Positions 50,531 to 62,920 of a stretch of 64,000 nucleotides of DNA are shown one piece after another. The notes under the pieces are model-generated. The model saw only the letters and a list, made by a program, of their open reading frames with translations, was not told where the DNA came from and ran no database searches. This DNA comes from Amoebophrya sp. A120 (taxonomy: Eukaryota > Protista > Dinoflagellata). The stretch is taken from contig CAJINV010000003.1 of the NCBI GenBank assembly GCA_905178155.1, positions 3,017,715 to 3,081,714 of the forward strand. The letters are read 5' to 3'. How positions within the stretch are numbered: position 1 is the stretch's first letter; every line of letters begins with the position of its first letter. The position numbers and the translations under genes are program-made.

Positions 50531-51346
50531 TAGAGCAGTCGCGGGGCACCTGGAGCACAGTCGGTCGCTACTCTACCGTTTGCTGCCAAGCTGCTGCCAC
50601 TTCTAGACGGGCACTACCGTCAACAGTCGCAGGGACGAACTCGCCAATAGTGGTGCGCGGTAGAAGAATCTGGTAGCGTAGCGGAGCGGAACCAAACACG
50701 CACCAGCGCAAAGGAGCAAACTCACGGTCGCTGGACCAAATCCTCTATATCTTTAGAAGCCTGTAGTCAGCTGCTCGGACAGTAGCGACGCCGACGCTTT
50801 AGACCCTACGTAAGTACTCAAATATCGGAGCGTCATACGGGAAGTAAGTAAACATGCGAGAACTGCCATCTAAAATTGCGATTGCCCAGAGTACAAGCGC
50901 TTGTGAGATAAAACGGAGGCTCTTTCCTCAGAAAACCGTATAGACCTCGAAAGATGTGAAGCCCCCGCTTCTGCCGTGCCCCCTAAGAAAGAATAACAAG
51001 CCTCAACCTCGTGTGGTGCATATTACATGTCTGTGGATTCTCTTTTGCGATTTTTGAATACCAACAGCAAGGTTGCCGTGGGAAGTGTAGCCCTCCGAAC
51101 ACGAAAACTTCTGCAACAAATTAGGCCGCGCTGCTACTCAGCTGGCGGACCTTGGATGGATTTGGTAGTTCCTTTTTCCGATAAACGGAGACAACAAAAA
51201 GTAGTTCTAGTTCAGTGGCTGCGAAGATTGGTACAAAATTGTACATTGCTACGTTCACGTCATGCCGCACTAGCATTATACAGACGCAGAAAGAGAAAGT
51301 GAAACCTGATAAAACGCCCTGTGTGTAGAATGAAGTAGGTTTTTGT

Positions 51347-52546
51347 TTATACAAAGTTAAGTACAATACGTAGCACGTCTTCGGGTATGCTTCGGAAAGA
51401 CGCTACCAAGAGGCGCTCACCGCTCAGCTGTGAAACAAGATCTCTTTGCTTGTTGCTGCGCAAGTTCCAGCGTGGGTGCGGTGTCTTGGGACTTTCGTCG
51501 CCTTGCTGCGATGCGGCTGCAACGACGGCAAGCGGCGCTGCGGACGGTTCTTGCGGCGCTGCAGTGGCGCCCTCGATGTCCTGCACTTCTGCCACTGATC
51601 GTCCTTCCGGTCTTTCGCCCTGCTCCGTACGTGTCGTGTTTTGTCGAGTAGGAAGAACTTCCTGTGGAGAAAGCGAGCTCTTGCGTGGTCCCCTCCAGAG
51701 GAGCAATAACGGTCCTCGACGGAACCAGTTGGCCTCGCGCCGCACGGCCACAGGGAGCGCCTGCAGGTGTTGTATCAAGATCGGTTCGTGCAGCAAAGCA
51801 GGCTCACTCGTGGTGAAAAGCTGCAACAGGTCGGACAGAATCTTCAGACATTCGTCGTTCACTTCGCAAGAAACCTGCTCCGCGAGCTCCGCGAGAAAAA
51901 CGACAACAGCTTCAAACACCGGGCGCTTCCTCCAGTTCTTGGGCACGAGTGGCAACGCGACCCGCGGCGTGCCCGTGCGCACATTCACCAGGTGCACACT
52001 GGCACCGAACCTGGTGACGAGAAGCGTGGCCAGCTCCTGACACCGACCCACCGCGCGGAGCACGCCCCGGTCTGTAGCAGTCATAGTCCGGCGAGGTACA
52101 ACGGGTGCTTGCTGGACTACATGTAGTGTGTTCAACATCGTCCGGTCGGGGACGAGGTCGTCGTGCACCTCCTTGTCACGACCGGCAGCGTCGTCATCAT
52201 CACCAATTATTCGGTCAGCATCGTCGTCTTCGCGAGAGGACTGTTGCGGTGCTCGTCCTCCAATTATACCAGCATTGACGCCCTGCTCCCTAGTTTGGAG
52301 ATGCGGAAGGTGGTGGATCAACTTCGTCTTTCGCTCCTCAAGCACAACGATGTCCGCAATGCACTGCAACAGCAGTCGCATGACAGCCCCCAGCGCGGTC
52401 TGATTTTCCCGCATCGGACTGCGCGCGTTCACCAATTTGCGGTAGGCTTTTTCCTGTAGCAAACGCTCGACACGGGAAACATCTGCCCGCTCGCAAGCGT
52501 CAATCAACCTATTAGTCCGAATCAGTAACGAAGCATCCGACATCAT
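51347..52546 (-). CDS. Intronless ankyrin-like protein with C-terminal F-box-like motif
   Basis: LIDACERADVSRVERLLQE..LVNARSP..NQTALGAV and ELATLLVTRFGASVHL are ankyrin-like. The protein ends FRSIPEDVLRIVLNFV*. Confidence 0.6.
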   Translation of the reverse strand: MMSDASLLIRTNRLIDACERADVSRVERLLQEKAYRKLVNARSPMRENQTALGAVMRLLLQCIADIVVLEERKTKLIHHLPHLQTREQGVNAGIIGGRAPQQSSREDDDADRIIGDDDDAAGRDKEVHDDLVPDRTMLNTLHVVQQAPVVPRRTMTATDRGVLRAVGRCQELATLLVTRFGASVHLVNVRTGTPRVALPLVPKNWRKRPVFEAVVVFLAELAEQVSCEVNDECLKILSDLLQLFTTSEPALLHEPILIQHLQALPVAVRREANWFRRGPLLLLWRGPRKSSLSPQEVLPTRQNTTRTEQGERPEGRSVAEVQDIEGATAAPQEPSAAPLAVVAAASQQGDESPKTPHPRWNLRSNKQRDLVSQLSGERLLVASFRSIPEDVLRIVLNFV

Positions 52547-53219
52547 GCTTTTGACGGGTAGAAGCTTTGTTTTTTCTCACCTGTGACTCCGGATTTTTTA
52601 GGAAAATTGCCTAAAAAGATTCAGACATTTTTTCGCCAATAAGCCTGCGTACTGTCAGAATAAAAATGAAGACGTGCTTGCTTTTAAATGGGCCAAAAAA
52701 AAAGTTGAATGAGAACCGCAGCGCTCCTCACACTGCCTTTCTTACAAGGCCAATCCTCCGCGCGCCCCGCTCTCGAAGTCGAAAACAAACGAGCCGACCT
52801 AGCCGATTACAGGGCAAAAACCTATAGCGAAACGAGGCCATGGCGAAATCCCCGGAGAAAATGAGTACTCGAATCCGTATACAATGTGAAGACGAACTTG
52901 TCGAAGTATACATCAAGCACGAGCACGACTTGACGAACGAACCTGTACTTAACCGATAGACAGTGACGATAAAGTAGGTAGTCGAAACGATATAAATACT
53001 TAGTTATGCTCTCAAGGTCGAAATCGAACAAAAGTAGAAGCTCAGGCCCCTGCCATTGTTCTGGCACGAGTTAAGCAGCAGGGTGCGATAAATCTATTGA
53101 TTCTATTGAGTCTACTTGCGCTCTATGGTACTTATGTAGACGTGAATCTTGGATGTTGTTCGTGGTCGCTCAGCGGACAATTTATTCCTTGTTGGAGCTT
53201 TTTAGCCAGGAGAACGGCC

Positions 53220-56200
53220 TCAGTCTTCTTCGAGAAACTTTTTTACCAGCGGGAATTCGTCCAAATACTGCGCAATAACACTTTTCATACGTGGATCGGT
53301 TTTCAGTCGGTTGGGATCCTTCACCGCGCGTTTCTCCGTCGGTCCCTTCGCCGCGATGGCCTGAAACTCCTCCGCCAAGGTGCGCACGGGCGCGGGCGCA
53401 GCCGGCGCAGGTGCGGTCGTGGGGGGTACGACTGCTTCCGGAGCAGCCGGAGCTGTGATTATTTTGGAGCAGAAAACTCACTTGTGGAAGTGTAGCTTGC
53501 TTCTTCAGGAGAGACACGTCTATTATGTCACTCAGAAACGGTTCGATCACTCGAAAGTGAAACTCGATAGTAGACGGAAGCTCAACATATCATAAACAAG
53601 CAATGCTGAAAATATAAACGAACAAAGCATCAGTACCGGCAGTGGCGGACGGGGGAGCCGCTGCAGCAGCCGCGGCTGGGTTTGCTGGCGGTGGGGGTGG
53701 AGCCTGCTGCTGTTGTTGTTGATTGGCCATGAAGCTGGCAATAAACTGCGCATCCACGAGCGCTTTCATTTCCGAGTTGTGTTGGTTCCCGAGCGCGAGT
53801 TGCTTGGCCTTCGCCGTTTTGTCGCGCCGATAGTACTGACCGTAATGCGCGTCGCTCGTCCAGTAATCTTCGGCCTGCTGGGATTCCAAAGCCTCATTCA
53901 TACGCTGCTTTTTTCTCACAGCGAGGTTCTGCTCCAGCATTGTTTGCTTGTGGCGGTCCACCGAGGAATCGAATAACCTGATTGAAGACAACAAATTGGA
54001 AAAATCATTTTCGTCACCACAGCATGCGTGGCACAAACTAAGCAAAAGTCAAAGGACACAGACCAGAATATCCCTACGTGCGTCTACGTTTAGCGATCAT
54101 GCATCGGTGCACCTAGCAAATGGAAGTGATCATACTATTTCATTTCAGGTATTGTTTTATAGTATACCACTCCGACTCGCCCGCGAGCGACTTTTCCAAG
54201 ATTGCGAAGCGCTGCCATTCCTCTGAGAGCTCGAGCTTCTCCACGGAGGCCAAGATCTGCTGGCACAACTGTCGACCCCCGGTCTTGGCGTGTTGCGCTT
54301 GCAACGCGTGCTGCCGGTCCGGCGATGTGACGCTGATATCGAAAATTCTGGCCGGGGGCGGTGTGGTCAAGCTTCCGCCGCGGTGGTAGTTCTCGGCGAC
54401 GAACGCCGCGTCTGGATTCGTTTCCGAGAGTAGCAATGGCGTGCTGGTAGAAGTTGGCGCTCCTGCAGCGGCTGGGAATGAAGCAGTGATGAACTCCAGC
54501 AGTTTTGGCGCCTCGGTGGTAAACCAGGAGCGCGGCACAGCATCGTGCTGGGTCGACGTTGAAGTTGTATCTTCCGAATTATTGGCAAGCTGCTGGTATC
54601 CCGCATCCACCCACGCGGAGTTCGCCTCTGGGGATAAGAGTGCGTGGAGTGCCGCGGGCGCGGCGGCGCCCAGTACTCGCGAAGTCTCGAACCCAAAGGC
54701 GCGCGCGTCCCGAGCGGTTCGGGCGCACAACTCCGCCAGATCGCGGACCGTGCGCGTGACGCTGGCGAAGCCCTCCTCCGTCTCGGAGGAAACAGCGGCA
54801 ACCTCCGAAGCAAACTTGGTGAGGAACGAATCTAGCTTGAAGGCGGGATTCAAGAGGTAGGTGGTTTTGTTCTTCTTTTTCGTCGGCGAAAGCTCCTCTT
54901 GCGAGAACAGCAGTTTCGTCGTACCGAGTTCATCGGGCTGGTACAGAATGGGGAACAGGTACCGTTCCGAAGCGTACAGGCGCAACAACAATGCCATCCC
55001 GTTCTCCACCAGCTCGTGCGAACTTTTGGCTTGCTCGAACACCTGCGTACAAATGGATTTGCTCAGACTGCGGACCGCCACACTGGGGAGCGAAGGCACT
55101 TGGGGGTCGATATAGAAGAACCGCTTCCGCGTCCGCATGTCCACCCTATTACCGCTGCCAGAAAGAGCGCCGTCCACACTTGGCACTGAAGCGATCGAAT
55201 CTTTGCTCGGCGGCTTTGCACCACCCTCGGTGCTGTTTCTGTTCCCGCTGAGGAGTTGGTTCATCATAGCAATGTTCTGGGCGGTCTCGTCACTCAACGC
55301 AAGGGTGGTGGGCTTCGAGTCGACGCTCCCTTGGAATGCTGTTGATACACCCCCGGTGTTCATCTTCATCTTCTCTTCCTCAAGTTGTCCCATGCTTAAG
55401 GACGTTCGGTAAGTCCCACCCATCACCAGCGGTAACAAGATGCGGAAGACAATGTCCACGAGGGGCTCCAGACCCTGCGCCTCGTGCTTGTTGCACAGGT
55501 GCAGCAGCCGCACTCCTACCGCCTCCAGAATCTGACCGGCTTCCTGCTGCAAAACCCCCTCGACGGACAACTCGACACAGCGGGCGAGTACCAGCAGCTG
55601 CCGTCCCACCGCTTGGAGCGGCCGTTTGAAGGAGGCGTGGATCACGTTCTTGTCGTGCGCGGTTTTGGGCTTGTCCGCTTGTAGTTCCCCGATGCGGTTT
55701 TCCGCTTCGGTCAAGAGGTCGGTGGTCAGCTTCAAGGCGGCCCGGAGCCACTTGACGTGGCAGTCCCGGTGGAGCTTGACGAGTGCGTGCGCGGCGAGTA
55801 CGTGGAGCAGCGGTGTGGACGACAGGCTCAAGCACACGGTATGGTAGCTCATCTCGCACAAGTCCAGCACATTCAGCTCCGTAAACCGATTGTCCTCCTC
55901 TAGTACGGTCCGCGTGTGTCGCCTCCGCGATTGCTCGTTCTCGTCGGTCAAACCGATCGGGATCTCGACCCGGTCGGTGCCGGGGAGCTGGGTCACGCAG
56001 TTCAGCAGCGACCGCTCCTGTGCCGGTTGGGAAATCGACACGTGCGGAAACAGAGCGTCGCCGTTCAGGTCCACCTGACGAGTGGTCGTGAGATGATCCC
56101 TAGTTGTACTCCGGCCACCGCGGCTGCCGGCCTGCACGAAACCTCCGTTCGCAGCAGTGTTGAAGGAGCTCCTGCTGCCATTGGCGAAAGGCGCCGGGCT

Positions 56201-59200
56201 GCAGAAGACGTGCGGCACGCGATTGAGGACGGGGTCGATGTCGGTCCGAAAGGAGAGCCCGGTCGGCGTACTGAGGTGCTTCACGAGGTCTTGGTTCACG
56301 AGCTTTTTGTCGTTCTTTCCCCTTTTCACGATCTCCGCGTCCTCGACAAACGGCTCGGTCTCGCGGAGCTGCGAGACGTTCTCCATCTTCCACACGGTTC
56401 GCAGTCGATCCGCAACCGGGCGGCAGGCCGCGGCCGCCAGATGCGGCGTGTTCGCCGGGCCATCCAGCACCAGGTCCAGCTCCAGGTACCGCAGCTTCGT
56501 GGTGCCGAACAGCTCCTTCTCACAGGCACCCAGGGTGACAAACACCAAGAGCCCCGCCGTGTAGTTCTGCGGCAGGGAAGTGGCGAACTCGATGGTGCGG
56601 GGGAGGAGATTGTGCACGCCCACGGCGGAAAGCCGCACGAAGTTGCGGGCCCAGGCGTGGAACACTTGCGTCAGGGCCCCGACTGCGCGCGAAGCAGCGC
56701 GGTACAGCGGCGAGCGCCTTACACCGTGGACCTGGAAGAAATTTCCACCGCACAACCGAGACGTGAGCAGAAACAGCGACTTCCACAAGTCTTCCGACTG
56801 GTACTTCGGCAGAAACGAAACCGCAGCGAGCACGTGCGCGAGCGTCCGACAGACGGCTTCTGCTAGAAGCAGATATCGTTCTTGAATTTCGTAGCACTCC
56901 TCGGCAAAGAGCAGGTCTTCTGTCTGCAGCGCGGCGGCCTCCAAATTCAACCCCAGCCCGCCGGCGCACTTCACCAACGTGCAGTGCACGACGCGCTGGA
57001 ACTTGTTGAATATTTCCTGCGGTTGATTGTGCGTGTTGCGAAACCGATCACTCAAGGCCTCGCGCTCGTTCCTCGACGGGTTAATATTGTGGCGGACGCT
57101 CTCGTCGCCGGCCCAGTGCAGTTCCCTCTTGTCGTCGGCCACGGAAGCTTGTTGCACCGCGTCCGCCAGAAACAGATCGATGCAGAACTTCGGATTCTGC
57201 CCGGTTCTGTGCGCAAGGTACCACCAAGCGAGCAGCGGCACCTCGCTCAACAAACTCGCCGACGGCAACTGCTCCAGTTTCGCCGCGCTCGGACCTCCTG
57301 GGGCCGCGGTGCCAGCACCTGGGGCGCCGGTAGCAGTTCCAGCGGCAGCTGATGTTCCGCCACTACCTTTCGCATCGGCAGCAACAGCGGCGGCTGAATC
57401 CGGATACTGCACTTCAACAATGTCCACGCTCTTGCAGCGGTGCGCCGCGAACCCGAGCTGCTTAAGGCACTTCTTGAAGTAGTGGTGCGTATCGGTGGAC
57501 GTGAGCCGCTTGAAATCCCAGTCATAGAGGGGCGTGGTAGAATTGTCGTTCAAAGTTGTGGCGCTCTGCGCTTGCGCGGCTGCCTCCCCGGGCGCCACGC
57601 CGCCAAATTGTTCCACGTGGGAGAGCACCGACTCCGCGCGGGGGTATTCCGTGTCGCGACGAAACACGTGCAGCTGGGTTTGCAACTCGGCCACCTGTTG
57701 GTCAAAAAAGCTGTCCATCTCCCGCCGGCCGCCTTGCACCATCACCCGCAGCTTCTCCGTCTGCTCTTGCTCGGCGCTCTCGACGTCCAGCCGAGGGTGG
57801 TGGGTGATGTTCTGCTGCAGCAGAGATGCGATTTGCAGGATGTTTCTCCCATACCGCTGCGCGCACTGCAGAATCAGCACTTCGTCATCCTCCGCGGCGG
57901 CCGGTGCAGAAGACACGAGGAAACGGTGCAGAAGAGCGGTGAGAAACCGCGGCAGCGGAAAAAACGTTCGCTCGGGCGCCTTTTGCACCGCCTCCACCGA
58001 CTCCTCCAGGCAGTCTAACAAAACCTGGAACGGGCTGGCGTTCGGATTGCTGCTGTAGGACAATTGCTGCCCCGGAGCAGGTCTGCTCGTGTGACTACTA
58101 CTACCCCCGAGCATCGCGGCACGAAAGACCACAAATCTCCCGAGCGGAAAAGCGGCGGCGTCGTGCAGCAGCTTCGCCAGTTGCGCGAGCTTTTTGGAGT
58201 GAAGCACGTTGCGGTTGCTATTTGCCTCCTCGACAAATTTCTGCATCACCAGTTCCGCGAAGCCATGTGCGGCAACCAGCAGTGGTAAACTCCGCACCAG
58301 CCGCTGTGACTGCACGGACCACGTGGCAGCCACAGAACCGTGTTCCTCTTCCTCGCTGTCCTTCGGTAGGAACACCTCAGCGAATAATGGTAGCTCGTCC
58401 ACCGAGGTCTCGAGAAGCCGCTGCAGCTGGTCCGCGGTTTTCAGCTCCGGCGTACTCAGTGCTCCCCGCAGCGAGGAGGACTGCTCGTGAAGCGCTAGCG
58501 CCGTTGCGCCACCGCGACAGGTAAGCAGCAGGTAAATCACCCGCGCGGTCGCGACCGGGTTCACGAAGTATGCGCGCTGTAACAAAGACGGAAAGGCGAA
58601 TTCACGCAAGAGGAACTGCACGGCATCCGGTACGCTCCGCCTCTCTACTGCGGTTTTTTGGCCAGACGATGTTGACCAGGAGGAGGATACCACCTCCGTA
58701 CTGCCCTCGCGCGCCTGCTTGAAAAAACTCGTTACGTGGGCCAGCACATCCAGGAGGTTTTTAAGCGCGGCCGCACGAGCCTTCGTTCTTGCTGAGAGCT
58801 GCGCGCTTTCTTGTTGTGTCGTCGTCGTGTCGGTTCTTGTTGTACCACTTTCATCCACTTCCGCGAGCGCAACTTCGAGCTGGTGGAGCGCCTTCCACAC
58901 CTTCACGCGACTTTCGAACTGTGACCTCGGGTAGTAGCCCCAAAGAAACTCCTCATCGTGGTCGGACGCTGGCAGAAGTGTGGGAACGCTCTTTGCGCGG
59001 TCGTCGTGCCATCGCGCAAACACCGCAACAACGTTTTTGTTCTGCAGCAGCCGCTCCAGCAACACTTTCTTCTTGAAATTTCCGTGATTGCGAAACTCCA
59101 CGTGCGTAAATGCTAGTCGCGCGGCCGCCTTCGCAATTTGATGTTGTGTCCCCCCGTCGCTATCGGCGCCCGAGGAACAACTGCCGGCCCGTCCTAGGTC

Positions 59201-60543
59201 GGTCACGTACGCGCTGTTGTTATGTGCGGGTACTACGAGACCGGCACCCGCGTTATTTGCGGCGCGCATGATTCGTCTTCGCTTCCTGCCGCGCAGGTGT
59301 CCGGCGCCCTGACTGCACCTTGTGATGGTGGACCGGTGGGCGTTGCTCATGACCGGCAGAAAGAGGGAATCCTTGCAGAGATTCTCCGCAAACCTCGGAT
59401 CTTTTGCGAGCACATTGGCCATGAACTCCAGAACGATCGCTTGGTCCGCACGATTTCTGAGAATCTGCGTCCACAGGATCTTGGCGCAGGCGCGTTGCAG
59501 GTCGGGTTTACGTTCGAGAAAGCAAAACCCCGCATCTGGTATACTTTCCAAAGCCCCGGATGCGAGAGCAGTGGTGACGTCCGCAGGTAGGAAATCTTTG
59601 CTCTTTTCGCCCTTGAGCAAAAAATTGCAGACCGGAAGCACGCCCGCGAGGCCGGTCTCCAGCAGCCGCTGCAGACAGCTGCTGACGGTCGCTTCCGTGT
59701 GCTTCACCTTGGCTGGATCCGGCCCGGAGACAGCTTCCACGGGTCGGAACAAGGCAGCGTCGGGCAGGGCCCACTCGGCCCCGGCGAAGAACTGGCTGTT
59801 CCCGGAGGACGGTTCCACGTCGAGCCCCTCCGGCGGTAACGGTTGCCGGAGACACTTGTACTGCAGTTTCGGCTTGCGGTCCTCGTAGCTCATCGACTTG
59901 CGGTTCAGCGGCACGGCGAAGATCATCAACGACAACTTCGTGAACTCGCCTTGCAACACTAGGGAATCGACCTCCACCTTCCTCCCGGGACATGTGTACA
60001 CAATGCCCACGTCACCTGCCGGGTTCCGATTCGTTGTTGGATTTCAAAAATTAATAGAATGCGCAACATCAACATCAAACAATTGTCAGGGCACCACTTA
60101 TTCGCCGTGTTCTTGTTCTCGATAGATACAGCTCGAGGAAACAAACCGCACACTGTGCAAAAAAAAACATGATTAGTACCCTTGCCCCCTTTCCCGCGGT
60201 ACCCGGTCGGCGCAGGCGCGGCGCTTTGCTTACCTTCGAGTGCGGTGAAGAGGCTGCCGTGGCTGGCTGGGTTTTTCTTCTGCTTGGGTGACCCGCCTAC
60301 CCGAGCATTTTGCGTTTGCTCGGGCGGGGTGTCCTCCTTCACCCATATTTGCAACCGGTTTGGCTTCACGAGGGGGTGCGTTTGCCCAACAAACTCGATG
60401 CCGCGGTCGAGCACAGAGTCGTTCCGATTTAGAATTACTATCTTTTTCAGCAGCACAACTTGGTCGAACCGTATCTGGCGGGTGTGCTGCGACATCCCGC
60501 CCTCCACGAGGTGGGACTTGTAAATACATTCCGCCTCGGCCAT
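53220..60543 (-). CDS. Large virilizer (VIRMA)-like protein, >2000 aa
   Basis: N-terminal IRFDQVVLLKKIVIL...FVGQTHP and KVEVDSLVLQGEFTKLSLMIFA resemble the VIR_N domain as I recall it (VRFPCVVYINEVRVI..GETSP; KVNTDGLVLRGWYNCLTLAIYG). A 1956-codon helical exon follows, and 3' exons end at TGA 53220-53222. Confidence 0.65.
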
Positions 60544-61221
60544 CTTTTGTGGTGTGCTCAGGGTCAGGAGCAGGGCATCAAATGAAAATGTTTAGTAGTT
60601 ACACCGAAAAAACGACCCAGCGAAACTGGACGTCGCGGCACCGGGGCTGGTCCTCGCATGGTTATAGATTTGGTATAATTGGCTCATGATGCTTCGAATC
60701 TTCCCTACTTGTGAAAAACATTCTCCATATTGGGTGTTGTTTTCGCAAGGAAAAAAGAGGTTGTGGTTCTCGTGTCGCTGAAAAAGTATTTAACAAAAAA
60801 AAGCTTTGTAAGTCAAAAAAAGATTTGAATCTTGCTTAGTCGTGTGAGAAAAGACAAGCTTACGCATCTATTCATACATACTAAAAGGAGAAAATGCAAT
60901 GAATGCCATGGCGATCCTCCATGTCGTGGTGGTTTGTGCAAACTGAAGTCGTTTGATCGTCAAACAGCGCACTGGGCTGAAAAAGCCAGTGAAGCATTGT
61001 ATTGACCTGTTGATCGTTTCGCATAAAATCAGCAATGATCCTTTCCGAGCGGTGAGATCCCTGAAGCACAAAAGGAACTGTCTACTTGAACACTGACGCA
61101 TTTCCGGGCTTCGTTAGGGCGCAAATCAGTTCGTGTCGAATTGAATATACTGTTGTGCGCAAACAGCTTCGTTTTCGTTCGTTCAGGTCGCGTCGCAAAC
61201 ACCATCAAGTGTTGTATCAGT

Positions 61222-61839
61222 TCACTTTGCTTTCGCTGGTTTCTCCGTCTTCATAGTCTTCATATTTTTTGCACTACTCCCACTTGTTTCCGCCACGCTT
61301 GCCACCTGCGGTTGCGCAGTAAACGCCGGCGCTTTTGGGTTCTTCTCCTTAAATCTTCGCAGCGCATCCGCGTACGTTGCACTCACGTGATCGCACATGT
61401 CTTGAATGTTTTCCAAGGCTGTTGTGATTTTGATTTTTTTGTATGCATAAGTCAAAAGGAACGCATAATTCGTGGTAAAGACGGAGTCACGACTCATGTC
61501 AGAAGAATTGAACTACGCAGTGTGCAAGTCAAAATGCGTGGTTAACATCAGCTGACTTGACAGACACGACGAAACACGGTATTGCTTGCAAAAGAAACAT
61601 ATTCCGTTACCTTGTTCCATGCAGTCGTCTGGTGATACGTTGTTTTTGCTCTGGACCCACACATTCATGACCTCCTCGGAAGGATGCGGAATGTTGTATC
61701 CCGCCCCCTCCACGTCGACGTGCTGCATCAAGGCATACCTTAACACGTTCCCCAGGGTATGGTCCTCATTCCGGAAGGCGTAGGTCCTTACCTGCGTCGA
61801 AGAGCTGCTGGCTGTCGTTGTTGTACTGGCTACGGTCAT
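61222..61839 (-). CDS. POLR1D: RNA polymerase I/III shared subunit AC19 (RPAC2), 2 exons
   Basis: RPB11/AC19 signature NEDHTLGNVLRY...AGYNIPHPSE. GT-AG intron 61419-61610 joins MEQ/ALENIQDMCDHV, which is AC19-like. Confidence 0.88.
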
Positions 61840-62920
61840 CGTGGCTGGAATTGAATATTAGTACTTATCTACTTACCTCAGCAGAGAAGAGATATGAGTA
61901 CGACAGTATTATGTATGAAGCCGTGTAGTGTGTTTTTAAAAACAAAGAAGTGCGGTGAAAGGACAAACTGTAATCTAAGATGATAGAGCTTTCTTACTAC
62001 GAGAAGACACTTCAAGCCTCTGCTGGTTTCGCAAACCCACTAACGATGTGATCTGGCTGTTCATCTGGGCGCAGAAGTAATGTTGGATCTATTCAAGTCG
62101 TGACTGCATGCAGCACCCGCCGTGCTGAAAGACCATTGACCTTGGATCTACTAGATCATTCATCACAGAGGATCCTAGAAATACTCCCATTCTCCACGAT
62201 GAGCAAGAAGAATATTTGTGGATCCACGATTTATCGCGAAGGGAGATCTTCAGAGTACGCTCGTCTGATCCATTGGTGCTGTGATCTGTTTTCGTTTTCT
62301 CTGCTTTATCATCATTCGTTTACTCTCATCGAAAACCTTTTTCGTTCCAAGTGCTTCTCGGTGCTGGTGCTGCGAAGCGTGTGCAATGTAGCGGCAAACC
62401 ATCTCTGTGCACCTCATTATGTTGTGCATTTTTTATTCATCAACATGGTGTGCAGTTTGCTTTTGCTCAGAATGTAAAGAACTGAAAGGTATATTGCTCG
62501 AGCAGGAAACTATAAAACGCGGCTCTAGTAACTTCACACTGACTGGTTGTCAGTCTGTCAGAAAAATTGAAACATTTCTAGCGCAGTGCGTAGCGCCGAA
62601 TTTAGAGAAAGTAGATTTGTCGATCGAATTCAGACGCCTTTGGCAACCAGAATATTCTCGGTATCAGCATTGGCATTGCATTGCAAGCCCCTGTGACAGC
62701 TGCCACAGACATATTGATGCTCCATTGCATAATCACTGCTGTAGAAATACTAAATCCAAATAGAGTTCATAGAAAAAGACGAAGTCGAATTCGACTGCAG
62801 GTATTTCTTGAATCATTTTCACTGGCACTAAACTGGGCAGCTTGACTTGCAAACGACATCAAAAAAACAAAAACATCTAACACAAAAAAAATGAATGAAC
62901 CTGTGCCCGCGTGCTGGTGG

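Noticed and set aside
54441-59888. Many plus-strand and alternative-frame ORFs over the 1956-codon exon
   Set aside because: Shadow ORFs produced by codon bias.
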